From Balanoglossus misakiensis (taxonomy: Eukaryota > Animalia > Hemichordata), in assembly GCA_040954595.2 (NCBI GenBank), contig CM082577.2, positions 3,968,305-4,032,304 of the forward strand: a stretch of DNA of 64,000 bases, written 5' to 3'. Every line of letters starts with the position of its first letter. Position 1 is the first letter of the stretch. The position numbers were made by a program, and so were the translations under genes. Positions 26,006 through 39,600 of the stretch are shown one piece after another. The notes below the pieces were generated by a model. The model saw only the letters and a program-made list of their open reading frames with translations, was not told where the DNA came from and made no database searches.

Positions 26006-28295
26006 ATGCCGTGCCATGCACGACATGCCCAAAAATGGAAGTGTCCCTTTCTCATTTTTTTGCGTAGATTTTTTTAGAATAAATATTTGCCTGATAATGA
26101 CCATGCAATCTGGAAACATCAACACAACCATGCTGAGATGATCAATGTATAAAGTGCCTTTTTATACATGAATCTCACATTTAGTACTGACCTGCAGAAA
26201 TGCATACAAGAACAAATTGAAGACAATTTCAGGTCCTCTGTACTGCAATATTTAACATATGGAAAAAAGTGTAAATCTGACGTAACTTCTAAACACACTT
26301 GGTAAAGACTCTCTATTTTTGTAGTGAACAGGCAACAACTGATTATCCAAACAACCTTGACAGTAATGCATGGTCATTATCAGATAAATATTATTTCATT
26401 TTTCAGTGAAAAACGGTATTTTGACATGACTTGTAAGATATGAACCACTAACACGTTTTCCATTCGGTAATCAATTTATTACAAAACATTAAAAAACAAA
26501 ATTTGGGTACAACTCGTTTGTTGGCATAAAATTTATATTCATCTATGTACCAGGTTTCAGAATTCTTACCAGGAAGAGGTTTTAGTGGTTCATGTTCAGT
26601 CACTGTATACGTGTATACTCAGTTTGCAATGCTTAACCGCTTATGCTCTTACGCGTTGAAGGCAAATGGCAGACAAGTGTCCATTCAAACTGGAAAATAT
26701 ATACCACTATTTTTCCTTTCATTCAGTGAAACAGGCAACCTTTGAGGCTGGATTGCAGGAAATGTTGTGTGTATGGTCCATTGTAGAAAATATGTTAACA
26801 TTTCCCCCTCCCCCCCCCCCCCCCCATGTTCCAAATCAGTTGTGTGAAGTCCATTTTCCCCCTACTATGTTCCAAATCAGCATTGGCTTATGAATTTCTA
26901 TTTACCCTTGTGTTTAGTACTTATCCAGCCATTTCAAAATATTTGCACCATGATGATCCAAGCATGTAAGAGTGCAATCTGATTAAAATCACATGCAGAG
27001 TTGGGCGGCGTCTTTGACTTTGCTGATTTTTGGCTGCTCTGTTCGGAAGTAGCATTTGCCGAAAACTGACAGCCAAGATAGAGAACAGAACAGCCAAAAA
27101 GATCACCAAAGCTGAAGACAGCACCTAACTCTACTTCTGATTTTAATCAAAAAAGAGTGTTGACCTCAGAGTTTTCTTGTTTCACTGAATGAATTCATGC
27201 TTTATAGCATTTCCTACCAACACACGTACAGAACCGCTATCGGCTCTAATTGTATTTTGGAGGCGTTACACTTGGAAGTTGCATTCCTCCCCTGAAAAAA
27301 ACTTAAGAGACAAGTTTGATATCTTGATGTCCTTGTCTTTTAAGTTTCTTAAAGGGGAAAGATGACAACTGATGTAACAGCCATCAATGATTCGGTCACA
27401 TGATATAAATATCGCGTGAACCGTTGGTACAGTCTGACTGCCTTGATAATGTTAATTAAGAATTCTTATGGAATTCAGTCAAAATTGGTAACATCAAGGT
27501 TTACTTGCAAGAAGTGATATCAAGATTTGACTGTACTCGAGTTTCTATTTTTTCTAACATCATTTATATTTTTTTCTAATATTTCTCTACTCATTATATG
27601 TGCATGTATTCAAAAAAATAGAACAGTAGGTAGATACATTTTGTGCTGATCAAGCTTTTAACATGTTTTATGTAAAATTAATCTATTCTAATCATTCAAC
27701 AGTTGGTGGTTATCTTCATGTCAGCTGCTATGCAAATATTTTCTTTTCTTTCAAATTGCTACTCATCCATTCATACCAGCTGCTTTGCAAACTCTTTGAT
27801 CTCCTTTTGTGGTTATATGTATTCCAGTTGAATGAACACAGGTTGATCATCTGAAATTTTTTGTACTTGGTCAAAATAGTACTAGCAATAATATATCTGA
27901 TACATTTGCATCAAACACATATCAGTATGTGAAGTCCAGCCTGTAAGGATGGTTTGCCCGTTGTGTTACCTGCACGACCTCCAACCCAACCCATCCCATC
28001 CCAAAATGGACCAAATACTTGAATAGAATTTCGCTAATGTCAAACAATAGCACTGCACATTATTGTGCAGACTGAAATATAATTGAAGATCAAATTGTTT
28101 TATTATCAACTGAAAACTTTTTTTCAATTATGTTAGATCAAATCAGATGTGATATAATGGATCTAGGTTTTAAGACCTGATGAACAGCAACCTTGAAATT
28201 ACCCTCTCTGTATATAATTTTTTTTTATCTCCATCAGTAATTTAACTTTTATGTCTGCCATTTGCTTGCCATTTTTTTACTTCCTGTAATTTCAC

Positions 28296-28451
28296 TGACC
28301 CACAAGTCACATATCCTGGTGTATCAAATCTAAAAACCCACTGCTTTATTTTCTCTTCCATGACCACCACATTATGACATTCCATGACATTTTCCCTATT
28401 TGCAATCCATACTAACAAAGCTTCAAACCAGGATATGTGACCTGGGGGTCA
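28296..28451. mobile_element. MITE-like element with 25-bp inverted termini
   Basis: TGACCCACAAGTCACATATCCTGGT (28296-28320) vs ACCAGGATATGTGACCTGGGGGTCA (28427-28451), 2 mismatches. Confidence 0.6.
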
Positions 28452-29589
28452 ATGGAAAAGGTCAAATACTAGTAATTGACCCTAAATTGCTTCCTTGATA
28501 ATCAGATACTACAGTATGTATTAATTTAAAATATTTTCACATCAGTAATCAGAATTGACTTAATGTCAAACAACCTTTTGTGGTTCACTGCTCACATAAA
28601 TGATATCTAAATTCGTGCTCAACCACGGATGAAATATTCTTTGGAAAAAACTATACCCTAAGCTTGCCCCCTAAATCCCTGAAGACCAAGTCTGTACTGC
28701 ATTCACAAAACTTATTTGTTACGCAAATTCTCATGTCATCTATTGCTTTAAATACACATATGGACAGTACAGAAGAACTTTTATCAAGCAAATTCAGGGA
28801 TTCATATGTTTGAAATTGAAAAACTTGCCAATTTGATAATATCTTTGTGGAACTGAAATTTGGATTCTTGTCACATTTGTTCACCTGGTGGCGATTGGAT
28901 CCACCCAGCGAAATTACACAAAAGCCATTTTCCATGGGAATTTATGAATTTTTACCGATTAACCACTGTCTTGGGGGAAATAACACCCTCACCACCCCCC
29001 TAACCCTCACCCCCAAGTGAACCACAAAGGGTTGGTAACAATCAATGCAATGCTCAACCCGGAGTAATGTCTTTTGAGGTGTGATCAGTCGTCTGTCTGT
29101 CACAACTCCAAAAATTCAACTCATTTGAATTCCACAAACACAAAATGTGTTTCTTGATTTGTACGTAAACAGCCATCTCAAAGACATTACTTAAACCACT
29201 TACAAGAAACGAATATTACGGACATAGTTTCGCTAAGATATTTACAGTTATCATATTTCTATAGATTATAAAGACAGGGCACTTCTTTGATTTAAAAAGA
29301 CCATATTATAAACACAACAGTTGGAAGGAAAATGTTCAGTCATATAGCTGATCATAGAATATAGAAAAGAATTTAATGTGGTGGGTTGAGCAGTGTTTTA
29401 CTTCATTCAAAATGATCATCAATTTTATTTTCTATTTAAAAATATCGGCAACTTTCCAAGAACTGTAAGTTTCTAAAATTCAGTCATTTTTGCTTGTATA
29501 CACAACTCTGTGGGCCAATGACAATGTACCAAACCTGGTACTGTAAACAATTTATATTTCCAAGTTGGAGACGAGGCAGCCAGCATTTC

Positions 29590-29677
29590 AATTTTAGTCT
29601 TCCTCAGAACAAGATAGCGTCAATGCATAAGAGTGTCATTCATTAGATGCCATCTTGTTCTGGGGAATAACTAAATT
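29590..29677. repeat. Long hairpin / foldback (about 40-bp imperfect stem)
   Basis: TTTAGTCTTCCTCAGAACAAGATAGCGTC pairs with GATGCCATCTTGTTCTGGGGAATAACTAAA. Confidence 0.65.
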
Positions 29678-30964
29678 GTAATCATGGCAGAGAGAATACT
29701 GGGATCAAATTCAAGGGTGTACAGCTTCCTTGGTTCAATTAATTGACCAATCAAATTTACATGATCACATATGACCTTGATATTTAAAAAGAGTACAGAA
29801 AAATGCTGAATAAATCATGACAGGTATGCCCTGCACACATGCAATAAAGTGGGACAGCTATGATGTGAAGGTAGAGTATGTTTGATAATACACAGGGACA
29901 TAGTCTTGAAGCCAGCAGTGGTCTTAACAGTGAAAGGGCAAATACCAGATCATAATTGGATTTATGTAATTTATTGTAAGTATAATGTTTTGTTGGCAGT
30001 GATTGTATTGTGCTGTGAACATCCATTTGTGACCTTGGGGTCGTGACCTATCTAATGATAGCATGAATACCCATCCTAGTGATGAAAAGGACATTTGGCA
30101 CTGCCAATGACTTGCAGTTACAAACTATAAATCATGGTTGAAAACCTCACCAGGGATCAGGATGTACGCCAGACCTGCAGGGACCAGTTGGTGTGATAAT
30201 AATTGCATGTCACTTTTAACAATTAGACATGTGAACTCTTTGACATCTTCATGAAATGATATCCAAGTAGAAATGACTGTAAAAAGAACTTATCTCTATG
30301 CTTCCGCAAATAAATTTTATTTCTTGTAAAATATAATAAGCATACAGCTGTCAGCCGTTTTTGTTCATGAATGGGAGAAACCAGTGCAAGTTCAAGTCTG
30401 GTTTGGATATGTGTGAGTGTTTATAATCATTGTGTGTTTGGCGAATATTTACTCTATACATTGCGATTGGTGGTTCATGCAATGACACAACGGTAGGTAG
30501 GCTTAAACCCCAAAAATCCCCTTCTATTTATAGTTATGACACCATTTCACGCACCTAGTACCTGGGCTATCTGACATTGGTCTGGGTACCGACAATAAGA
30601 GTTGGCTCTTTAAACTATGCACAATGGGCTAGCGCTAAATACACAAATGAGGTCCTGATCCTGGTGTTAACTTTGAAGTCGCTCGCGTCCGCATTTTAGT
30701 GGTTTATCAAAGAGAAATTGCAGTTCTATTTGGTTTTAAATTGTCGCCTCCCCGAAAAGGCAATACAATCAACCAAATGCCATGCATGCTAAAGTCCTTC
30801 TCGACACGTGACATATATGCACGCGTATCATGCATGGGCCTTTAATTATAGGTGCCCTCAAAGAAAGGTATTGTCATAACAGCGCAAAGCACTGGGCAGC
30901 TCAGACGAAACACTTCGTACCAGTACTACTTACAAGAGGACGGCACATTTCCTAACTTTTGAAC

Positions 30965-33211
30965 ATGAATCACTTCAAGGCAAGTTTAGTGATTTCGTTA
31001 CTTCTCACGAAGAAATATTTCGACGGCGTCAGGTGCTTTTTCGTGTAAAAAGAACTGTGGATAAGAACTCTCGAAGGTAGTTACTCTTTCTCGAAAGTTT
31101 AATACTTCGAGAAAGTGGCATAAAGTGGATGCAACTATAATACAGTTTGTGGCACAAATAACATTAATGACGTTTGTGAAAGACATTCGTCTTTCTTAAG
31201 CTTATATTATATTAGCGGCGATATTTTAGTCCCTACTTTGAGATACATCGCTTGCCGACGATTGATATTCGTCATTTTTATTCAAAAAACAATAAGCTTA
31301 TTGTAAGTTCAGTTTTTATTTTCGCAAACAAGTTAATCTCAGTGCTGGGAATGTTTACTGGGAGAAAATTCCCTCTGAAGAATCTTAGGCACAGTGTGAC
31401 ACGTACAAGCACCTTTAAGAATAGTTTTCTGGTTTTTTTAGCAAGAAATCTATGCTGCCTTTTTAGTGTGTCGCAATCTTGGAACAAAGCCAACATTTTT
31501 ATTTTGTCACACTTTGGGCTCTAAAGTATGTACCAAATGAACCGGTAACTCATGGTCTTGAAGTCGAGTTTTGTTTCTGTCTAAAAGGTGTAGAATCTCA
31601 TACCATCTATTATGGTAACTGGTAAGAAAATAAGGTAAAAGAAAAGTGTCGAGTGTTTTGTAGGTGTGAACAGGAAACTGGTAAACCTGAAAATAAAGCT
31701 GGCCAATCTCTGCCTTTATTTACGCCGTACCTGGATGGTTCACATGGGTTTACTTAATCAACCAACCAATCAAGCAATCAATCAATCAATCAATCAGACA
31801 ATCAATAGAAATAGTTCAAGCTTTGACTCCACATCTCAATAACAGCATGTATGCCTTTCATTTTGTTCAACTATTACAGGTTATAGGCTTGATCTCCGTT
31901 TTGTGCAATTGTTTTACATCTGCTCCGGCAGATGTCGAAGTATCCCCATGCCTAGACCACAGTGATTGTGTCGCAAAAGACCCAGCTCTGCCCGTCTGTT
32001 TTACTGGAATGTGCCTCCCTTGTGATTCGTTTGGTAATGAAGAATTTGTTCGCGACGTGTGTTCACAAGGTGAGCTAGCTATGATGGCAATCCAAATTGA
32101 TCATAATCTGCTTCACTGACTCATTCTGCCGCAGAAAAAAGGGGTAAGGTATGCGCTATTAATCCATATCTGTCAATCACTGCCCGAATTAAGTACCGAG
32201 CGTTCAGAGTGGCGAGTATTTCATGTATGGGTTTACTAGACTAGTATTCAAACATTGAAGAACATACGTTATCTATGTAAAATAAAATAAAATATAAAAC
32301 TAGCCTATCATTTGAAATGTACAGTACAGACTACATTGTTTTTAATTTCCGACGACAGACCCAAGTAAACCAGAAATTATTGACAATGCTGGAGAGCCTA
32401 CAGAAGACGAAGCAACGCCAGGCTATTCAGGGCCATGTCAACAAGAATCTGATTGCGATGTTGGGTTCTACTGTCTGCAAGCCAGTGGCACTTGCGAGGA
32501 TTGCGTAACACTTCGAAGAGAAGAGATGGCTTATAACGTTGAATGTAAACGTAAGATTTCAAACTTCTATTAACTTTACAAATCAATATCCCCGTTTTGA
32601 TTTGGTTTACAGAGTCACACAATTGAAAATACATTTTGCTGCATTTTTTGTATTGAAAATTAATTCATTTTCCGACAGGGTTTATCGAAAGCAAAGAAGA
32701 CAGACATTCGATGATGATTGGTGACATATTCATCGTTGCCTTTGGTGTTTCCGTGGCTGTGATCATCGCGTTATTAGTCGTCGTTATTGTTCTGGTGTAC
32801 CGATATGTAAGACCCAAGCCAGGTATGTCTGTGGTCCACAATCCAGTATGGCCCACGCGATTTTTTTCCAGTCATAACAATTTCAAATCCCACCCACTTC
32901 TCCGTCTCCCCAAGTGTTTTTTTAATACTTTTATGAAAGTTTGCTTTGGGGGAAAGTAGCAAGAACGATTTTGAAAACCTCTCGGAATAATAGGGTGTCA
33001 CAGAATAATCAATTTCAATGTCAAATTCCTTCTATACACCCTTTCTTCTACGCAGAGTTCATATCAGTCAGAATGATCGTGTCTTCTGTGCAGTGGGACA
33101 ACAATGTGAACAATATTCATGATATTAAGTGTGGCAAACACTGTATTGCTTTTTCTTTTTGCAGGCAAACTAAGAAACGGAGATCGAGCAGTTCCGCCAG
33201 TTGACGTGTAA
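30965..33211 (+). CDS. Uncharacterised Cys-rich type I membrane protein B (paralogue of A), about 195 aa
   Basis: Exons 30965-30979 (MNHFK, GC donor), 31880-32069, 32359-32550, 32679-32822, 33165-33211 (588 nt in frame). Leader VIGLISVLCNCFTS; modules CLDHSDC..CFTGMCLPC..C and CQQESDCDVGFYCLQASGTCEDC..C; TM IFIVAFGVSVAVIIALLVVVIVLVY; tail RYVRPKPGKLRNGDRAVPPVDV*. Confidence 0.75.
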
Positions 33212-34481
33212 GGTATACTGGTATAGGGTCTGGTCAGAATGCTGACCCACAATTTCCCAATCGGCCCACCAGTGTTTGTTCAACGAATACCAAACGTAAT
33301 GTCTAATGAAAAAGTATTGCAAGATAATGATTCATGAACCCAAGATCCTTGGCACATTACGCCCGCGCGTGACAGCCGAAAATTCAAGGTTTTAAAAAAG
33401 CCTGTTTGAGAGTATAATTTGAATGACTCTTGCCAGCAAGTGATAAATATATAATTATACATAATATTGCCAATTTAGCAAGAAAGTACATCATGAAGAT
33501 GATGAACGAATAGGACAGGGATAATTTACTTAATGTTAATGTCCTGTCCTGTGACGTTTTTGTAAAATTGGTTTATTATTGAGGCGAAATGTGCTATGGA
33601 TTATACAAAGAAAGCAACCGAACCTTTCCATCGCCATGGTTAGTCATCCAGGGAAGGAAAGGAGAGGAGAGGAGTTATTTTTCAAAAACTTGCGGAATTA
33701 TAATTCCGACAAACTCTATATAACATATAGGCAATGTTCTTACGTACCGCTTCAGAGAAAAAGCCAGAATCTCAACACATTCGGCATTTTCGTCGAGATG
33801 GTTTCCAAATCTAAAAACGCAGACCTGGAAGACATAGTTCTCCATGTCTTGCTATCAACAAAGAACATATGCCTATAATTATACGTATAACGTTTTATTG
33901 TAGTGCGTATCAGTATCCCACACTTCACATTTTGATAACTTTAATGTTTTATGCAAAGAGTGTGATTATTATAAAATTACACAATTGGAACGGTGTGATC
34001 ACCAAGTAATTTGTAGGTGATGGTCCCATAAATACATATAGCGAGCGAGGCTATATTTCAAATCACTGTTTGAAGAAATGACGACAGCATTTTGCATCAT
34101 AAAATAGCTTTTTTGAATGCGTTCTGTTTAATACAGCGCAATGTTATCAAGAAAGAATACCATATACTGAAACGCTCGGTTTATTGAAGTTTAATGCACT
34201 TACAAGTAGTTTTGTTAGTATATTCGGTGCGCCGACGATATATGAAAAAGGCACATCAGATAAGCTTTTATAAAGGCTAATTTCGCTATTCGTGTCATTG
34301 AAAGATATCGAGAATATCTTTTAAAAGAAATTTGTAGAATATAATAGTCATTTAATAGTGTGTATGTAAACCCAATTGTACTGAGTACAAGGATTACATA
34401 TACTTGATCTTCAGCCAAAATCTGTGTTTGTGATTTTGGTAAGATTTGTCGAGTCATGAATGATTTATACTGCCTGTAGAT

Positions 34482-34619
34482 CCAAACCTCGGTCTGTTTG
34501 TGTCATTCTGACGGAATTTGTCGCTGTAACTTGTCCATTTTGGCTTCGATGATTTTGGTTTGTGGTGTGGCGCGTTTGTGGCGGCAAAGACAGTCAGAAT
34601 GACACAAGCAGAGCTTTGG
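34482..34619. mobile_element. Short MITE-like foldback
   Basis: CCAAAC..TCTGTTTGTGTCATTCTGAC vs GTCAGAATGACACAAGCAGA..TTTGG. Confidence 0.6.
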
Positions 34620-34810
34620 GGCCAACAACTCTATACGTGGTACTATGTGGTTACGTACTAGATAATGATAGGTCACTTTAGAGATTCTACCCGGATTGGA
34701 AGCTTGTCAGTACTCAGTATTGTAATTTGAAAGTTTTCATATTCGAAACAGCTCATTTAATGAGATGAGGACTTTTTATTTAAACTGGTAAGCGACCTTA
34801 GTAGAAAGCC

Positions 34811-35074
34811 CCACGAGCTGCCACTTTTAGCACATTTCTAATGATAAAATACTATGATCATCTCCTTACCCATTGCCGACGGACAACATTTTGAATTTGT
34901 GTAGATCCCAATATGCGGATACCACGATAGTCGAGTACTCTTGCAACGGGAGGCTAAATAAACGTGTGGCCAGGTATGGCATCTGGCTATTGTTTAATTT
35001 GGACGTCAAACCACAATTTGAGGTTAATAAGTTTCTGTCAATAAAAAAATAATGCAGAAAGTGGCAGCTCGTGG
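34811..35074. mobile_element. MITE-like element with a perfect 17-bp inverted repeat
   Basis: CCACGAGCTGCCACTTT (34811-34827) and AAAGTGGCAGCTCGTGG (35058-35074); no clear TSD. Confidence 0.65.
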
Positions 35075-36583
35075 TGATTTTGAAATATAGACATCACATA
35101 TAAAATGACGGTTTTTTATATACATGAATACTTGAATGTTGACAACATTGTTGCTTCTGGATATTGTAGGGAAAACAATGAATGATAATTATATTCTAAG
35201 CAGCCGCTGGAAATGGTGTATTTATCCAAGGAACAGTATTTTTTGTTATGTTAACAAATATTTCCTATGATTGGAGCTGTAAAATGCATCAGGGTGTTTA
35301 CCCCATATCAAATCAAATCACATCACTTGACATCTTCAAAAGTATGATGTGCTGCAGTGCTGTATACTTTATAGTAGAGTGTTTCTCTAGTTATAGGTAT
35401 CTCTGTACAATTTGCAGACTTGTATACGCAGTGTTACATTCCAATGAGTATCAAGATATGTTAGTCTTCCATGCAGTATTATTCATATTAAAGTTCGATT
35501 CTAGTCAAAACACCACGACTATCAACAGGATCTGTCTCTATGCCCCCACAACAACACATCAACACATTGTCTTATCTTTCAAGTAGGGTCACAGGGGAAA
35601 AAACTAGGCCTCCCACCATAGACCAGGAAATGACGTCAAAGAAACAGGTAGTTTATTCACCTTTTGAACCATCTTAAAAGTTTTTTCCACTTTATCCATA
35701 ATTTTTTTCATTTTCATGATATTCTCACACATTTCTTTTCAAACACTGTGATCCAAAATATTGTTATGTGAAGTGGACGTACTGGTCTTATTCAAATATT
35801 TCGAAGGAAATAGGTCGCTATCTGTCACGTAGTCTGGTCCCCTGCCCCATTCCCACCGCTGGCCGCGCTAAAGGGAAAGGGGTCAGGTACGGCCCGATCT
35901 TGGCCGAAAACTGACCAAAGACCACGTGATCATAAGAAAGATGGATGCCTCCAGATCCTATGTCTGCATGGAAACCCAGTCTGCCGTGATGTGGCACTTG
36001 GTTTGCATAGTATGATTCAGTAAGTGGTACAGAGAGAAAGAAGAAATTCACAAAGAGAAGAAAACATAAGTTCATGTGATGATGTTATAATAAGCATTTT
36101 TCATGCTTGTTTTTATTTGCCCAGCCAACCGTTCATTTACATGAAATTTGAGAACAAAAGAAAAGATGACAAGAATATAACACAGGAGAGCACAAAGTTC
36201 ATGTCTCTTAAATGTTGACACATTTCTTTAGGAGCATGTTGACAAAGTCTCTGAGACGTGATTATGTGATGGTATTACAAATTATATCAATAAAACTAAA
36301 CTCTTTCACCCCATTTCCAAGTCTAGAAGTCCAACTGAATCATTACAAACAATGGGTTTGGCCAAGCCACAGGGGTGATTAAATGGCAAACACAGAGACA
36401 AGCAAAATGCAGCGCACTCACACATCCTGAGTTTCAAAAAGCCTATGGAAGTTTCTATAATATTTTCCCTTGAGTTATAGTGGATCTGTACACTGGTTGA
36501 CTAGACAAGCATTGTCGTTGAAATGCAGTCCACTTTGTAGACATAAAAGCACTGACCCTTTCCCTGTTCACCCCTTAGTTTAA

Positions 36584-36668
36584 CCCTTTCACCACCATGG
36601 TTTGGTCCAAATCAATTGTTTTCTACGGTAAAGTTGGACCTCTGAAGTGGGAACTGGGGGTGAAAGGG
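36584..36668 (+). mobile_element. 85-bp piggyBac-like MITE, complete copy
   Basis: TTAA-CCCTTTCACC...GGTGAAAGGG-TTAA; related copies at ~12070-12166, 21718-21780, ~36298-36378, ~37187-37250, 45336-45422. Confidence 0.8.
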
Positions 36669-39600
36669 TTAACCCCATTGTTTTCAATAGTACTGTTGGA
36701 CTAAAAACAACATAATGAGGGTGTAAGAGTTTACAATGAAACTACAAGTATATCACAATTCTCATCAAATAATAACAGGAGGCACTGCAGCTATATGAAC
36801 GGAACTTTTCACCACTCAGCTAGATACACTTGTAATTGTGTGATACGGCGCAAAATGCAATAAAGATTACAGATGGTTGCTGATGTTTATTGCAAGACCA
36901 CAGCCAACGGATGCTTCAGTTGGCCACAAGGCGGGCGAAACACTGTATTACATGTACATGGAAGGAGCATCGGGCCAGACAGAGCAAAGAAGATTCGGTG
37001 GAACTGGGCCCTTCACTACTGACACCCATCCAACAAGGCCTTTTCTATTGCACATCAACCTTTGCAATACTCGGCTACAAAACTATTTCAAAACCTTGTA
37101 CACTGCTTTACCTATTCTTTTCTTTCATGGCAGTTTCAGAAACATAACCCTGCTCAAATCAAATCACCACACAGACAAAGTTTCACACTTTCACCACCTT
37201 GGTTTGGTCCAGACCCATTTGATTTCTACAGTAAAGTTAGACCTCTATAGCGAGACTGGCACGAACTCTCACGCATCCCACAATGACAGTGCCACTGGAC
37301 AAGGGCTAATTCTGCTTAGTACCATAATAGAATTCCAGAATCAAAGTCCTGAAGAAACAGTCTCACTCGGGTCAATGCTTATAAAATCCTGGGTCAGTCT
37401 ATACCACCCACCATGGGAGGAACACTCTAACATTTTTTTTTAAACTTTGCTACAAATTATCCATTCTTGTCCAGTTGAAATCTTTCCTACTTTGTGCGTA
37501 TCTGAGTATTAAAGGAGGTAGAAAATGGGAAGATGTTTTTTAGCTACATACACGTGAATATGTCAGCATCAGAACAGCTAGTGCAGCCTATAAGGGCGGA
37601 AATTACACTAATAAGAAACAAAAATGCATAAAATCTGCTAAAAATAACAAAAATTATGCTTACATTGATACAGGGTTGAGACTCATGTGATATAAACTCC
37701 CAACAAGCACACATACCGGTATGTGAATACCTCTGTAAATGTACTTCAAAAAATTACACAGATTTTACAATCTTAAATCAACTAGCTGTCTTCATATAAA
37801 AGGACTACCCGGGAGCGTGGCCATACAATTCTTAAGTTCTCCCAACGGCTGAATTCTTTGGTGTCCATTTGTGGTGATTCACAAGTAGGAATCTCTATTT
37901 TTCTGTTTCCTGCACTGACTAAGTTGCTTACATCTTCAGGTGAAACTTTACAGTGAAAAATACGCAACATTTCCTCCCGTTCAAAATAAGCACAGACCTG
38001 CTTGCACTACAATGAACGGGTGAGAAAGTAGGAATCTGGGCTACAGTCTGCTGTCACAGTACTATATGATAAAATGAAAATGCTAGATGAGATATAAATC
38101 TGTAAGTAACTGAATGAAACATCTCCACATGCTTCAGTTTGGTACAAATCTATTTTCAATGAGCCCTGCAGATTGACCATGCTCAAGACTAGATATTTGT
38201 TTTTACATTCATTCCACAAATACAGTGAATTACAGAACTCTTCATAAAAATGTGACTGCTACAATAAAAACCTGCCTATATGGTCTGTTTTTTCAAAGTT
38301 CATGCAAAAGAAAGGCTGGTGTTTGCGACTGGTACGTCTCGGCAGAAAAAGGAGACAGCTTGGTCCATTTTGTGAAGTTAACATCTATCTTTTTCTATTT
38401 TTGACATGGGTTAGCATACACGAAAAACCCACTGACAATATTTCTGTTTCCATAACATTGCCTACACAAACGCGACAGAATTATGGCAGGGGGACAGATT
38501 TACTCTGTAGGAGATACATTGTAGCCATTGGGCAAGATGTGACTGTCCTATTGGTTCATTCTCTACATCAAATGAGCCAATGAAATAAAAGGATGCTAAT
38601 AATCATCGATATTCATGGACCAATAAAAATAGCTGTCTCTGCGAGTAGATTAAAGCAAGCCTTTCATCACTGCGTGGAACGACAGAGATCATTTGGACTG
38701 TCAGAAACCAACAAGACAGTCACATTTTACACACAGAGAGTGAAAAACAATGCAACGATATCACCCACACAGAGAAATTCTGCGCAGATAAAAAAAATTG
38801 ATTAATTGACATTTTAACATGATCCATTAACACCTTCAGAGTATGAAGTACACAAAAACTACAACCACCATTGAACTACCAGTACAGAGAGGTTTTCACA
38901 TTACCTCTCTTTCACATTTGCCCCAATACCAAAAGTAACCATATCTATAAATAAAACACTATGATGTTTCTAACAAACAGTAACTCATACTTCTAGAAAC
39001 CACAAATCCTTCAAGTTCAAGACAAAAACTTTTTCAGGTCCATCAATGCATACAAACAAAACAGCACACACTATAATGTAGAAACTACAATAATAAATAC
39101 ATCTATTTCAAAACGTTGACACACACACACACAAAAAAAATAGTAAACATTCTCAAAATTGATTTCTAATGACATCAAAACAAAAACAAAAGCAAACACA
39201 AATAAACCCACCTTCCACTACCCATCCAACTGCTGAGGAAAAAAACCCAAGCACCAAATAAAACGATTAATAATGACACTACCAATAACACTCGCTACAG
39301 CTACTACATGTATTAATACTCACATAAATTACAAAATAGAACTATAACTTTTTTTAAAATTTACATATATGAATTTTAAAGTTAGTTCAAATATAGTCAA
39401 AAAATCTATACATGCTAAACTCAATGAAATGAGTAACTATAACGCACAGAAAAAAAAATATGTTTTTGTAATTTTTGACCATGTTTGGTCCCCTTCACCA
39501 AATTCCTACCTCTAATACCTGTAAATGTTTTATTTTTTTTTGGTTGAAGTTTAAGCCTGGGAGGTCAATCTATTATTTTGCTATTGGTACCAGCCCCGCA

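Noticed and set aside
26921-27124. Hydrophobic ORF as the missing TM exon of gene A
   Set aside because: It is on the opposite strand; + strand frames here give no in-phase TM exon.
33056-33204. Alternative last exon of gene B from the acceptor at 33055
   Set aside because: Possible, but it reads through the pyrimidine tract of the stronger acceptor at 33164; not supportable without reads.
35818-36075. GC-richer patch with an 85-aa ORF
   Set aside because: No consistent splice sites or recognisable protein or RNA motif found.
36877-37443. 188-aa ORF
   Set aside because: Non-ATG start, no recognisable motif, overlaps a MITE copy, lies antisense to the probable HELZ 3'UTR.
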